From positions 124,001 to 188,000 of the forward strand of contig NIVC01001375.1 in the NCBI GenBank assembly GCA_002269645.1: a stretch of DNA of 64,000 nt, read 5' to 3'. Positions 12,436 through 25,374 of the stretch are shown in pieces. Below the pieces are notes generated by a model. That model was not told where the DNA came from and made no database searches. It worked only from the letters and a program-made list of their open reading frames with translations. Position 1 is the first letter of the stretch, and the number at the start of each line of letters is the position of its first letter. The stretch comes from Macrostomum lignano. Lineage: Eukaryota. Both the position numbers and the translations under genes were made by a program.

Positions 12436-12529
12436 CCAACAAAGGCATTGTGGATCCCAAACAATGCCTAAAAAAGATATTTCCATGAAATCCATTGGGA
12501 TTTTCGCATTAAAAATGAAAATGTCTCAC

Positions 12530-12722
12530 CGCCTCCTCTGCCCAGCAACTGCCGGCTGCCAGCGTCTCCGCCGCCATCGCCAGACAAGCCAGGCGGAGTG
12601 GCAAAAAAGTACGAGCTGCTCCGGCTAACCAGCAGCTGACCATTGGCCAGGGCTTGGCTGTGCACCTGCACTATGTACAGCTTGCCCGGCTGCAGGTCCT
12701 CGACCACCAGGCTGGTATTTGT
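12530..12722 (-). CDS. KAL1: KAL1 exon 10: TNTSLVVEDLQPGKLYIVQVHSQ...YFFATP (end of FN3-4) plus a Gly-rich linker
   Basis: Acceptor gccctccgcAG (12724-12723), phase 0. Donor G|GTGAGA (12529-12528), phase 1. Contains the FN3 E/F strand motif L-x-P-G-x-x-Y. Confidence 0.85.
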
Positions 12723-12802
12723 CTGCGGAGGGCATGGGGTTTGGTAAATTAGAGAGGTACATATCTACTGAGGCACATTTCACCTTGCATAAATCTCCAA
12801 TA

Positions 12803-13565
12803 GTGTCACTCTCAATTGTGTCGCTCTAAGTATTTTCACTCACACACGTATCACTCGACCCTGTGTCACTCTCACCTGTGTCACTCTCACCTGGGACACT
12901 CTCACCTGGGTCACTCTCACCTGTTCCACCATCACCTGTATCACTCTCACCCATGTCACTCTCACCTGTGTCACTCTCACTTGTATCACTCTCACCCATG
13001 TCACTCTCACCTGTGTCACTCTCATCTGTGTCCCTCTCACCTGTGCCACTCTCACTTGTATCACTCTCACCCATGTCACTCTCACCTGTGTCACTCTCAT
13101 CTGTGTCACTCTCACCAGTATCACTATCACCTGTCTCACTCTCACCCATGTCACTCTCACCTGTGTCACTCTCATCTGTGTCACTCTCACCTGTGTCACT
13201 CTCACCTGTGCCACTTTCACCCATGTCACTTTCAGCCATGTCACTCTCATCTGTGTCACTCTCACCTGTGTCACTCTCACCTGTGTCACTCTCACCTGTA
13301 CCACTCTACCCTGTGTCACTCTTACCTGTGTCACTCTCACCTGTGTCACTCTCACCCATGTCAATCTCGCACGTATCACTCTCACCTGTGTCACTCTCAC
13401 CTGTGCCACTCTCACCTGTATCACTCTCACCCATGTCACTCTCACCTGTCTCACTCTCACCCATGTCACTCTCACCCATGTCACTCTCACCTGGATGTCA
13501 ATCTCACCCATGTCACTCTCACCCTTGTCACTCTCACTCTTGTCACTCTCACCCATGTCACTCTC
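12803..13565. repeat. 15-bp minisatellite (TGTCACTCTCACCTG), KAL1 intron 9
   Basis: Tandem units read directly. Confidence 0.95.
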
Positions 13566-13599
13566 AGCTACATCGCACAGCAAGACAGAACCCACTCAC

Positions 13600-14006
13600 C
13601 GGCGGCAGCACCCGAGTCACAGCCCTATCCGGGTCCATCTGCGGGTAGAGGCCGCCGTTCACGTTGCCTCCATCCGCGCCACCGACGACGCCTGAAGACT
13701 TGGCGCTTGCCGCAGGCGCCGATCTCGCCGCAGCCGACGCCGCCCCTCGGCCACCAGCTGAGGCGGCCAGGTAGCTGGACTGGCTGACCGGCTCCTCTAG
13801 ACGGGGCCCCCAGACGACGCAGTAGCCGCTGATCGACGTTCCTCGACCTCGACGACGCCGATGCGACGTCGAACTATCCGAAGCGGTGGTCCCCGCCGAT
13901 GCCGCCGGAGTCCAGGTGACCAGGTAGCTGAGAAGGTCGTTGCCGCTGCCGGTCTGGGCGAGTTGGCGCACCTGGATACGACCAGGAGGCTCCGGCAGCT
14001 GCGTTT
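13600..14006 (-). CDS. KAL1: KAL1 exon 9: N-terminal part of FN3-4 ([10 protein letters not shown]...LVTW...SGYCVVWG...RVLPP) with long Ser/Ala/Gly-rich inserts
   Basis: Acceptor ccattttgcAG (14008-14007), phase 1. Donor GTGAGT (13599-13598), phase 0. Confidence 0.85.
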
Positions 14007-14075
14007 CTGCAAAATGGGGATTTGAGAAATGGGGAATTATGAAGAGGATTATTGACTTCGTAAGGATTGGCGCAA

Positions 14076-14317
14076 CGGATGGGTACAGGGATGGGTGCAG
14101 GGATGGGTGCAGGGATGGTGCAGGGATGGGTGCAGGGATGGGTGCAGGGATGGGTGCAGGGATGGGTGCAGGGATGGGTGCAGGGATGGGTGCAGGGATG
14201 GGTGCAGGGATCGGTGCAGGGATGGGTGCAGGGATGGGTGCAGGGATCGATGTAGGGATGGGTGCAGGGATGGGTGCAGGGATGGGTGCAGGGTTGGATG
14301 CAGGGATTGGTGCAGGG
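14076..14317. repeat. 12-bp minisatellite (GGGATGGGTGCA), KAL1 intron 8; G-quadruplex-competent on +
   Basis: About 20 units, with G3 runs separated by 2- and 4-nt loops. Confidence 0.95.
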
Positions 14318-14324
14318 CGCTCAC

Positions 14325-14511
14325 CCAGTGCGGCAGGACACTGCTCGGGTGGTGGCGAGCCGCTGGCCAATTTGACTTCGTCGCAAGAGGGTGTCCGAAA
14401 GCAGGCGGTGATGTTTCGAAGGCGCCGCTTTGAAGTCGGCGAATCCATGGGGATGAGGCGGACGAAATAGCGGCAGTTGAACTGCAGCTGAGTCAGCTGG
14501 AAGTAGCCGCG
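14325..14511 (-). CDS. KAL1: KAL1 exon 8: [22 protein letters not shown]...ACFRTPSC (end of FN3-3)
   Basis: Acceptor caactccttcAG (14513-14512), phase 0. Donor G|GTGAGC (14324-14323), phase 1. L-x-F-x-C-x-Y-x-V matches recalled anosmin FN3-3. Confidence 0.9.
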
Positions 14512-14537
14512 CTGAAGGAGTTGGGAAAGATGGTGGG

Positions 14538-15649
<1,112 letters not shown>

Positions 15650-15654
15650 CTCAC

Positions 15655-16053
15655 CTCCGCCACCACCGTCATCTGGAACAGTTTGCCGTTGCCGGGCGAG
15701 TCGATGCAAACCCGCCGCCGCCACAGCACCCTGTAGAGCGTCTCCTCGCTGCCGACAGACACCCCCAGGATGAGCATGCGGACAGTCAGCTGCCCATTGT
15801 CGTAAAGCGGCTGCTGAATGTGCAGCGGAGTGGCGGAGCCGGGCTGAGCGGCAGTCAGCTGATCGTAGGACGAAGCGGACACGGCAGCAGAGCAGGCTTC
15901 GTCATTTTCGGCGTTGTCGCCGCCTGAAGTGGATCCTGGACGATCGTGACTGCTGGGCAGCTGGGGCGTCCGGGCGGGCTGCGGTGTGCTCACGTAGATG
16001 CTGTTGGGCGGCCCCAGTAGGGTCTCGTCGCCCCAGAGTGAGGCGGCGCGGAC
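15655..16053 (-). CDS. KAL1: KAL1 exon 7: [24 protein letters not shown] (end of FN3-2), linker, start of FN3-3
   Basis: Acceptor taatcccccAG (16055-16054). Donor GTGAGT (15654-15653). 399 nt, phase 0-0. Confidence 0.88.
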
Positions 16054-16077
16054 CTGGGGGATTAACATTTTGATTAA

Positions 16078-16815
16078 ATTGCAGATTTGAATGCAGATTA
16101 GAATGCAGATTAGAATGCAGGTTAGATTGCAGGTTAGAATGCAGATTAGAATGCAGATTAGAATGCAGATTTGAATGCAGATTAGAATGCAGGTTAGAAT
16201 GCAGATTTGAATGCAGATTAAAATGCAGATTAGATTGTAGATTAGAATGCAGATTAGAATGCAGATTAGAATGCAGGTTAGAATGCAGATTAGAATGCAG
16301 GTTAGAATGCAGATTAGAATGCAGATTAGAATGTAGATTTGAATGCAGATTAGAATGCAGATTAGAATGCAGATTTGAATGCAGATTAGAATGCAGGTTA
16401 GAATGCAGATTTGAATGCAGATTAAAATGCAGATTAGATTGTAGATTAGAATGCAGATTAGAATGCAGATTAGAATGCAGGTTAGAATGCAGATTAGAAT
16501 GCAGATTAGAATGTAGATTTGAATGCAGATTAGAATGCAGATTAGAATGCAGATTTGAATGCAGATTAGAATGCAGGTTAGAATGCAGATTTGAATGCAG
16601 ATTAAAATGCAGATTAGATTGTAGATTAGAATGCAGATTAGAATGCAGATTTGAATGCAGATTAAAATGCAGATTAGATTGTAGATTAGAATGCAGATTA
16701 GAATGCAGATTAGATTGTAGATTAGAATGCAGATTAGAATGCAGATTAGAATGCAGATTAGAATGCAGATTAGATTGCAGATTAGAATGCAGATTAGAAT
16801 GCAGATTGGAATGCG
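16078..16815. repeat. 12-bp minisatellite (GAATGCAGATTA), KAL1 intron 6
   Basis: Tandem units read directly. Confidence 0.96.
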
Positions 16816-17599
16816 TACTCTGGATAGAAAGGATTATAGAATGTAAAAAAGAATATAGATTTTTATTTTTGAAACACTTTTCACACTACTTAAAGTAAAA
16901 ATCTAAGAATATTGCAGTTAAAATATGGTGATAAAACGCAGATATAAGGATATAAATATATAGCTCGGTGCCAGAGGCTTAAGGACCCAGCCATCAGCAA
17001 AAAGTGGGCAATAAAAGCCCCCTATAGCTACTATCCATCCCGTTCCCGCCTATTAAGTCAATTATGACTTCTATAACTGGAGTGGGGGATGTGGCAAACT
17101 TAGATATTTTACAATGTCCTCTCTCACATTCCCGCAGCAATTTTTATAATGCCCACCCCGCCTTGCAAAAGTTTCGTCACCCCTTGCAGGATGCGGGCTA
17201 AGGATGACCATTTCTGTCTCTTTCTAACCGAAAGAGATGCTAAAAATGTCTCTGTGCCAGCTAAACTGGGTGTGGGGGGGGGCGTTTATGACTGCGGCGA
17301 ATAGATAAAAAAAGTTATTGGCGCAGTTTTCGCGACAAGCCTAGGAATGATGGGTCGAATGGGGACTCACAGGAGTTTAGTGGGATCATGCAGATTCAGG
17401 TTTATTGTCAGCACGCTGGGGTTTGGGTTTTGGAACCGTTTAATTTAATTAATTGCTGGAGTGCTGGGCTGCACCTTCAAGTCTTTATTGCGAATCATTA
17501 GGGTTGCTTTGCAGCCGGGTGAAATATTGGCATACTGATGATGAATTACTGGGTTGACAGATTCATAGATTATCAGTAATTGATAGTTTCATTATTGAC

Positions 17600-18060
17600 T
17601 GATTGATTGATAATTGACCTGATAGATTGATAGATCGATAGATTGATCATAGAACTGATAGATTGATCATAGACTGATAGATTGATCATAGAACTGATAG
17701 ATTGATCATAGAGTGACAGATTGATCATAGACCTGACAGATTGATCATAGACTGACAGATTGATCATAGATCTGACAGATTGATCATAGATCTGATAGAT
17801 TGATCATAGATCTGATAGATTGATCATAGATCTGATAGAATGAACATAGAGTGACAGATTGATCATAGACCTGACAGATTGATCATAGATCTGATAGATT
17901 GATCATAGATCTGATAGAATGAACATAGAGTGACAGATTGATCATAGACCTGATAGAATGATCATAGACTGGCAGATTGATCAAAGACCTGATAGAATGA
18001 TCATAGAGTGACAGATTGATCATAGACCTGACAGATTGATCATAGATCTGATAGATAGAT
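17600..18060. repeat. ~20-bp minisatellite (GATAGATTGATCATAGATCT variants), KAL1 intron 6
   Basis: Tandem units read directly. Confidence 0.9.
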
Positions 18061-18083
18061 AAATTGATAGTTAAAGAACTCAC

Positions 18084-18140
18084 CTCAACTTTGTAGGACG
18101 CTCCAGGCTCAAGGTTCTGAATCAGATAGCTTCTGGCATT
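18084..18140 (-). CDS. KAL1: KAL1 exon 6 (57 nt): NARSYLIQNLEPGASYKVE
   Basis: Acceptor ttcccactgacAG, donor GTGAGT, phase 0-0. Contains the canonical FN3 L-x-P-G-x-x-Y-x-V motif. Confidence 0.9.
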
Positions 18141-18245
18141 CTGTCAGTGGGAAATATCATTTGACGAATGGGTCAAATTAAATCGCATTAAAACAACAAC
18201 AGTGCTCAAGACAATTAAGTAAGATATACTCTGCTTCGTACTCAC

Positions 18246-18329
18246 AGCAGGCCTGGAGTTGCTGAATCGAGTCACGGACAACACAGAACCGTCCGAGTTC
18301 ACAAATCCGTGGTCCTTGGCCCAGCGGAT
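18246..18329 (-). CDS. KAL1: KAL1 exon 5 (84 nt): IRWAKDHGFVNSDGSVLSVTRFSNSRPA
   Basis: Acceptor gcggctttcAG, donor GTGAGT, phase 0-0. Supplies the FN3 C-strand tryptophan after PVHLYQ. Confidence 0.85.
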
Positions 18330-18384
18330 CTGAAAGCCGCGATTGTGAAAAATATCTCAAAATTATTCTTCGCTCGTAGATTTA

Positions 18385-19195
18385 TATCTGGATCCCAAAA
18401 TCAATATCTGGATCCCAAAATCAATATCTGGATCCCAAAATCAATATCTGGATCCCAAAATCAATATCTGGATCCCAAAATCAATATCTGGATCCCAAAA
18501 TCAATATCTGGATCCCAAAATCAATATCTGGATCCCAAAATCAATATCTGGATCCCAAAATCAATATCTGGATCCCAAAATCAATATCTGGATCCCAAAA
18601 TCAATATCTGGATCCCAAAATCAATATCTGGATCCCAAAATCAATATCTGGATCCCAAAATCAATTTCTGGATCCCAAAATCAATATCTGGATCCCAAAA
18701 TCAATATCTGGATCCCAAAATCAATATCTAGGTCCTAAAACCAATATCTACGAGCGTAGGTCCCAAAATCAATATCTGGATCCCAAAATCAATATTTGGA
18801 TCCCAAAATCAATATCTGGATCCCAAAATCAATATCCAGATCCCAAAATCAATATCCAGATCCCAAAATCAATATCTAGATCCCAAAATCAATGTCTAGA
18901 TCCCAAAATCAATATCTTGATTCCAAAATCAATTTCTAGATCCCATAATCAATATCTAGATCCCGTAATTAATATCTAGATCCCAAAATCAATATATAGG
19001 TTCTAAAATCAATATATGGATCCCAAAATCAATGTATGGATACCAAAATTAATATCCAGATCCCAAAATCAATATCTGGATCCCAAAATCAATATCTGGA
19101 TCCCAAAATCAATATCTAGATCCCAAAATCAATATCTAGATCCCAAAATCAATATCTAGATCCCAAAATCAATATCTAGATCCCAAAATCAATTT
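18385..19195. repeat. 20-bp minisatellite (GATCCCAAAATCAATATCTG), KAL1 intron 4
   Basis: Tandem units read directly. Confidence 0.96.
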
Positions 19196-19223
19196 AAATC
19201 CCTACATCCCGTTAACCCCTTAC

Positions 19224-19909
19224 CTGGTACAGGTGCACGGGCAGCTCGTGAGCTGTAGGCGGCTCCCAGTGAACTCGAACGCTCACCCGACCGCTCGAGT
19301 AGATTCTCAATCGGCCCTCGCTTAAACTACTGGGCGCGCCTGGCGCCTGCGGCGGCGCTTCGCTTGAGTAGGGCGCCGACGGAGCGCCGAAACCCCTGGT
19401 GCCGAGCCGGCTGACTGCAGCCACCCTGAACTGGTAGATGTGACCTGACCTGACCTCTTCCACGGCCACTGCGTCTCCGACAACCAGGCTGACATTCTGC
19501 CAGCCGCTGGCTCGACTGGGCTCGAACCTGCGACCTACCATGTAGCGAGCCTGAACAGCATAGACCACAGGGTCCCTCGACCGCTGCTCTGTCGTTGAGT
19601 TTCCCGACGACCAAGTCAGCACTAGGCTGCCGCTCACTCCCCTGTTAATTACCAGCCGCGCTTGCGGTTGCCTTGGCAACGCTGATAATTGGTTTTGATA
19701 GTCGCGTCCTGACAGGGCCGGAGGGCGGCAGGCGCGGCAGAGGCCGGTGTCGCAGCACTTGTAGCTGTCGGCGAACACGCAGTCCGCGTCGGTGTTGCAG
19801 GCGGAGCTGCATGCGACAAGGCGGGGGTCGGTGACCCCGGGCAGGTGCCCGGACGATTCGAAGCGATCGAACGGAGACGCTTGCAGGACTGCTCGCAGTA
19901 GATTGAGTC
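19224..19909 (-). CDS. KAL1: KAL1 exon 4: end of Cys box, WAP domain, FN3-1 and start of FN3-2; 1-nt frameshift near 19815-19845
   Basis: Acceptor gaactcgcAG (19911-19910), donor GTAAGG (19223-19222). DSIYCEQSC...RPGTCP lies in one frame, and ACSSACNTDADC...KCCDTGLCRAC plus FN3-1 lie in the next. The length is 686 nt, one short of 3n. Confidence 0.93.
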
Positions 19910-20034
19910 CTGCGAGTTCGAGTATTGAGTTTGTTTTTTATAGCCTAGCTGGTCTTTTGGCTTGAAGGATTACCGCATCGATGAGAATGTCTCAGTTCCC
20001 AGCGGTATCCCATCGCACCTTCTTGGTTATCTAC

Positions 20035-20290
20035 TGTCTTCCCTGTCTACCATCTCATCTATCTACCATTTCACCTATCTACCATCTCACCTATCTACCA
20101 TCTCACCTATCTACCATCTCACCTATCTAAAATCTCACCTTTCTACCATCTCACCTATCTACCATCTCACTCATCTACCATCTCACTCATCTACCATCTC
20201 ACCTATCTACCATATCAATTTTCTACCATCTCACATAACTACCATCTCACCTATCTTCCATTTAACCCATCTAACATCTCACCTATCCAC
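20035..20290. repeat. Degenerate ~16-bp repeat (ATCTACCATCTCACCT)
   Basis: Tandem units read directly. Confidence 0.85.
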
Positions 20291-20987
20291 CAACATACAT
20301 TAATCCATACGAAATTTTCTTAAGCAAGCAAGATCAAAGGTAGCAAAACATATATAAAATATTTTTCTCTCTCCACTTTCTATCAGAGCTGTCAAAAACG
20401 AACCCAATCCCATATTTTGTCACCGTTCAAAGAATCTTGAAACAGCAGCCGCCATGGAGGAAGTGAAATCATCAGGGAGAGAGAGAGAGGGGGGAGAGAG
20501 GGAGAGTTCAATAGCGGCCGCCGCAGATTCGATACTTAAATAATAAATAATCCCCTATCCTTACAGCTGTCCCTGACGCGGGGTGACCCATTTCCGGGAC
20601 TAAGTCTAAAAAACGTATCGAAAAGCCACCCGTATATCTATCCTACCCTAAACAGAAAGATTCGATTCCCGCCTTGGTTGGGAAACAGCCTTTGATTTCT
20701 CCCATTTTTCTCTCTGCGATTTCTCAATTTCGCTTCCTGCTCTGGGTGGTCGGCAGTTTTTTTAACGCTTTTTCGCCAGCCGCGAGTGATACGCTGGTAG
20801 GCTGAATTTACTACCGTCCCTATGATGCCAGTTGGTATTAGAAATCTTTGCTTTTTTAGTCTGAGCACACACTGCTGCTGATGCCGCTTCCAGTCATAAA
20901 CTTTCAAGAGAAAAAGTAATTAATATTTTGCTGAGTAAATCTATAATATATTATTTTATGTATACCGCCAATATAGTGCCCGGATTT

Positions 20988-21870
20988 ATGTGTACACTGA
21001 GCACACGGATGTGTACACTGAGCACACGGATGTGTACACTGAGCACACTGATATGTACAACTGAGCACACTGATATGTACAATTGAGCACACTGATATGC
21101 ATAGCTGAGCACACTGATATGTATAACTGAGCACACTGATATGTACAACTGAGCACACTGATATGCATAGCTGAGCACACTGATATGTACAATTGAGCAC
21201 ACTGATATGTACAACTGAGCACACTGATATGTACAACTGAGCACACTGATATGTGTACACTGAGCACACTGATATGTGTACACTGAGCACACTGATATGT
21301 GTACACTGAGCACACTGATATGTATAACTGAGCACACTGATATGTACAACTGAGCACACTGATATGCATAGCTGAGCACACTGATATGTACAATTGAGCA
21401 CACTGATATGTACAACTGAGCACACTGATATGTACAACTGAGCACACTGATATGTGTACACTGAGCACACTGATATGTGTACACTGAGCACACTGATATG
21501 TGTACACTGAGCACACTGATATGTATAACTGAGCACACTGATATGTACAACTGAGCACACTGATATGCAGAGCTGAGCACACTGATATGTACAATTGAGC
21601 ACACTGATATGTACAACTGAGCACACTGATATGTACACTGAGCACACTGATATGTGTACAACTGAGCACACTGATATGTGTACACTGAGCACACTGATAT
21701 GTGTACAACTGAGCACATTGATATGTGTACACTAAGCACACTGATATGTGTACACTGAGCACACTGATATGTGTACACTGAGCACACTGATATGTGTACA
21801 CTGAGCACACTGATATGTACAATTGAGCACACTGATATACACACGGAGCACACTAATGTGTACACTGAGG
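20988..21870. repeat. ~22-bp minisatellite (TGAGCACACTGATATGTACAAC variants)
   Basis: Tandem units read directly. Confidence 0.95.
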
Positions 21871-22094
21871 ACAGCCTGATACATTTATGCAGACTGAACG
21901 CATAATCAATGATCTAAGAAGTACACATAGAACTGTCCAACAAAACAGACGTCAGTTCAACCTAACTGAACTGCAAAAAAATTATTAATTTTCATTTCAC
22001 GCTGCTGGCTTCACAGCTTGTTCTCTCTACGCAGTAGGGACTTTTCTGGTTGCGGCGACGCCCTGTGCGCCTCGCTGGCGCCCCCAGCACAGAG

Positions 22095-22130
<36 letters not shown>

Positions 22131-22784
22131 AACACATGCTCTAACCGAACTCTTCCAGCCTCTGCCTCCATTTTTTTCAATTCGTCACCATCATCATCAG
22201 CCTCAGTCGAGGGAGTTTGACCAAAACTACTGGTCAAAACCCCATGGCTTTCGAATGCCGAATGTGCCTCCCCTCGATCGAGGCTGGATGGGACAGAGGG
22301 GCAGGGGCAGGGACAGAACTGAAGGGAAGTTTGATTGACACAGACAAAAAACTTCACAGCAACAAGCGTTGTCTGGGATGTGTTGTGCGTGTGTCGGCTG
22401 ACACGAAAAGCCTCCCCCCACAACAAAAAGCCGCGGGGTTGAAGGGAGAATTATTGGCCGGTCTGAGGCCATGGCCGAAGTTTTTTGGCCAGGGGGAGGG
22501 ATAATTTCTATTTCCTGGGCTAAAACTTTCCCCCACCCGTTCAGCTTTTTTTCAAAGCCTATTTTTCAATGTGTGAAATCGTTTAACCAGACGGGTGAAA
22601 AATATAACCTACCTAACTTCACTTGCTATCCGCTATTGCTGTTCTGGGCTGCAAGACAGCAGCGCTGTTTCGGGAAATGCTGGACGAAGATGGAATGCTC
22701 GTCTGCTGTTTTGAAACTAAGAAAATTTGATTGGAATGACAGCTTTGGTACATACTCGTAAAGTTGGTAAAGCGTAGAGAGGGC

Positions 22785-23400
22785 GGTGGAGCTAGGGAGA
22801 GAGACGGAGAGAGAGAAAGAGAGACGCAGAGGGAGATGGAGCTAAGAAGAAATCGAGAGGGAGTTCAGGAGAGATAAAGCTAGGGAAACATGGAGATGGA
22901 GAGAAAGAAGGAGGGAGAGAGATGGAGCTAGGGAGATATGGAGATGGAGAGGGAGAAGGAGGGAGAGAGATGGAGCTAGGGAGATATGGAGAGGGAGAGG
23001 AAGAAAGAGGGAGAGAGATGGAGCTAGGGAGATATGGAGAGGGAGAGGGAGGGAGAGAGAGGGAGATGGAGCTAGAGAGATATGGAGAGGAAGAAGGAGG
23101 GAGAGAGATGGAGCTAGGGAGATATGGAGAGGAAGAAGGAGGGAGAGAGATGGAGCTAGAGAGATATGGAGAGGAAGAAGGAGGGAGAGAGATGGAGCTA
23201 GGGAGATATGGAGAGGGAGAGGAAGAAAGAGGGAGAGAGATGGAGCTAGGGAGATATGGAGAGGGAGAGGGAGGGAGAGAGAGGGAGATGGAGCTAGAGA
23301 GATATGGAGAGGAAGAAGGAGGGAGAGAGATGGAGCTAGGGAGATATGGAGATATGGAGAGGAAGAAGGAGGGAGAGAGATGGAGATGGAGAGGGAGAGA
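22785..23400. repeat. Purine-rich minisatellite (GAGAGAGATGGAGCTAGGGAGATATGGAGAG...)
   Basis: Recurrent units of about 42-54 bp. Confidence 0.85.
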
Positions 23401-24214
23401 CAGATATAGAATGCGTCTACTTAAAAGTGAGTCTACTTGGATGTCGCCTGCAGCTCAAATCGCAAGCCGTAATTTTCACATAAATTAAAGTATAATCCAT
23501 ATACTCGTAATTAATATTTGTTACGCTCTAAGCGATCAAATCCACATTCAGGTGTACAAAATGTCAAAGATTTCTCAAGTCGAAGTATTTCAAAAGTCTA
23601 TATTAATTCAATCAAAACAGATTTCACACAGCTCAATGATCGCATACAGCATACTTACACATAGGTCTACCAAACAATGTGTAATATTACATCACACTGC
23701 ATGGCCCTCTCCATTATGGAGAAAAAATAGAAAGCAGAGCACAGCTCGTTCAGGAAGTTGTTTTAACAAACAACAAGAGCCTCATTCGCGTGCTCGACGT
23801 CACTTTAGAATGAAAAATGGTGCGGAGACTGCACGGAAGCCTATATGGAAGCGTACTCCAGCTCAGCTAATACTTGGGAAGGTTGACTAAATGCTTGAGC
23901 AGTCAGTCAGTCAGTCAGTCAGTCAGTCAGTCAGTCAGCCAGTCAAACCAAGTCTAAGTGTGCTCAGGCCAAGCTGTAGTGGCAGTGAAGTTGTGCAATA
24001 ATCATTTCCTTTCGCTGTTTCCTCAGACTCGCAGTGCAGAAAATAACTTTTCTATTCTACTTTAGCAGCCAGGACAGCTTCCGCAGGAGGTGCACCCAGT
24101 CATTGATGATGAAGAGGTACACTGGATGCAACGTGTATTACATGTAGAATGTTATGCGAATTCCGGCGAGTATCAATAAGTATGAGTAACTGATTGATAT
24201 TCCCTACTGACTGG

Positions 24215-24720
24215 TCCCGAATCCCATAACAGCTGATCCCGAATCCCATAACAGCTGATCCCAAATCCCATAACAGCTGATCCCGAATCCCATAACAGCT
24301 GATCCCGAATCCCATAACAGCTGATCCCGAATCCCATAACAGCTGATCCCGAATCTTAATCAGCTGATCCCGAATCCTAATCAGCTGATCCCGAATCTTA
24401 ATTAGCTGATCCCGAATCCCATAATAGCTGATCCCGAATCCCATAACAGCTGATCCCGAATCCCATAATAGCTGATCCCGAATCCCATAATAGCTGATCC
24501 CGAATCCCATAACAGCTGATCCCGAATCCCATAATAGCTGATCCCGAATCCCATAACAGCTGATCCCGAATCCCATAATAGCTGATCCCGAATCCCATAA
24601 CAGCTGATCCCTAATCCCATAATAGCTGATCCCAAATCTTAATCAGCTGATCCCGAATCCCATAACAGCTGATCCCTAATCCCATAATAGCTGATCCCGA
24701 ATCTTAATCAGCTGATCCCG
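24215..24720. repeat. 22-bp minisatellite (GATCCCGAATCCCATAACAGCT)
   Basis: Tandem units read directly. Confidence 0.96.
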
Positions 24721-25149
24721 AGTTATTTGCATCTTAAACATCAACGAATCGAGAAGAAGAGATCGAATCAATAGCCTGCTCTGGTACGCATGTGTTCTAC
24801 ATTTAGATCAGAAACCAAAAGAAGTTTATCTAGTAAAAGGATGATGGGAGAACCCCAAGACAGGAAGCTCAGACAATACACGAAAAGAAGAAAAGTCCAA
24901 GATGCAGTTGGAGAAGAAAGATGAAATCAGGCATAAAGAATGGCTTTGAAAAAACACACACAGAGAGAGAGAGATGTGCCCCTGGTGTCTGCCATCAATA
25001 ATTCGCTTCCCGTTTCCTGCATTATAACAATAGACATTGGACAACTTCTAGACTAAATCTCTTCTATTTTGGTCCATTGTGTCGCATGGCTATAGTCATG
25101 CAAATCAACTATTTTGATCATGTATACATGTAGATCAGCTCAACCTTAC

Positions 25150-25206
25150 CTTGCAATCGCGTTGGCACACCGCCAGTCGAGGATGAAACCAGGTGGCCGC
25201 GAGGCA
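25150..25206 (-). CDS. KAL1: KAL1 exon 3 (57 nt): CLAATWFHPRLAVCQRDCK (Cys box)
   Basis: Strong acceptor ttttatttcttctttcAG, donor GTAAGG, phase 0-0. Cys spacing fits the anosmin Cys box. Confidence 0.85.
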
Positions 25207-25374
25207 CTGAAAGAAGAAATAAAATTAATGTTATACCGCATTTGAGTTTATTGTAATTAAAACTGTTTATATAGTACGAGCTAACGGCAATGATGTCTGA
25301 AGTCTTTACATGATTTCGGTGAAGTCCGACATGATACCGTGAAGTGTGACATAAATTTGTGTAGTCTAACATAA

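Noticed and set aside
14430-14445. 16-nt identity (TTGAAGTCGGCGAATC) between KAL1 exon 8 and the FADF repeat (1402-1417)
   Set aside because: It is read in a different frame in KAL1 (DSPTS) with no flanking similarity, so it is most likely coincidence. It matters only as a possible RNAi off-target.
20455-22230. CTGATGA motifs on the minus strand (about 20470 and 22195) as hammerhead ribozyme cores
   Set aside because: No stem II-GAAA-stem III arrangement can be formed around them.
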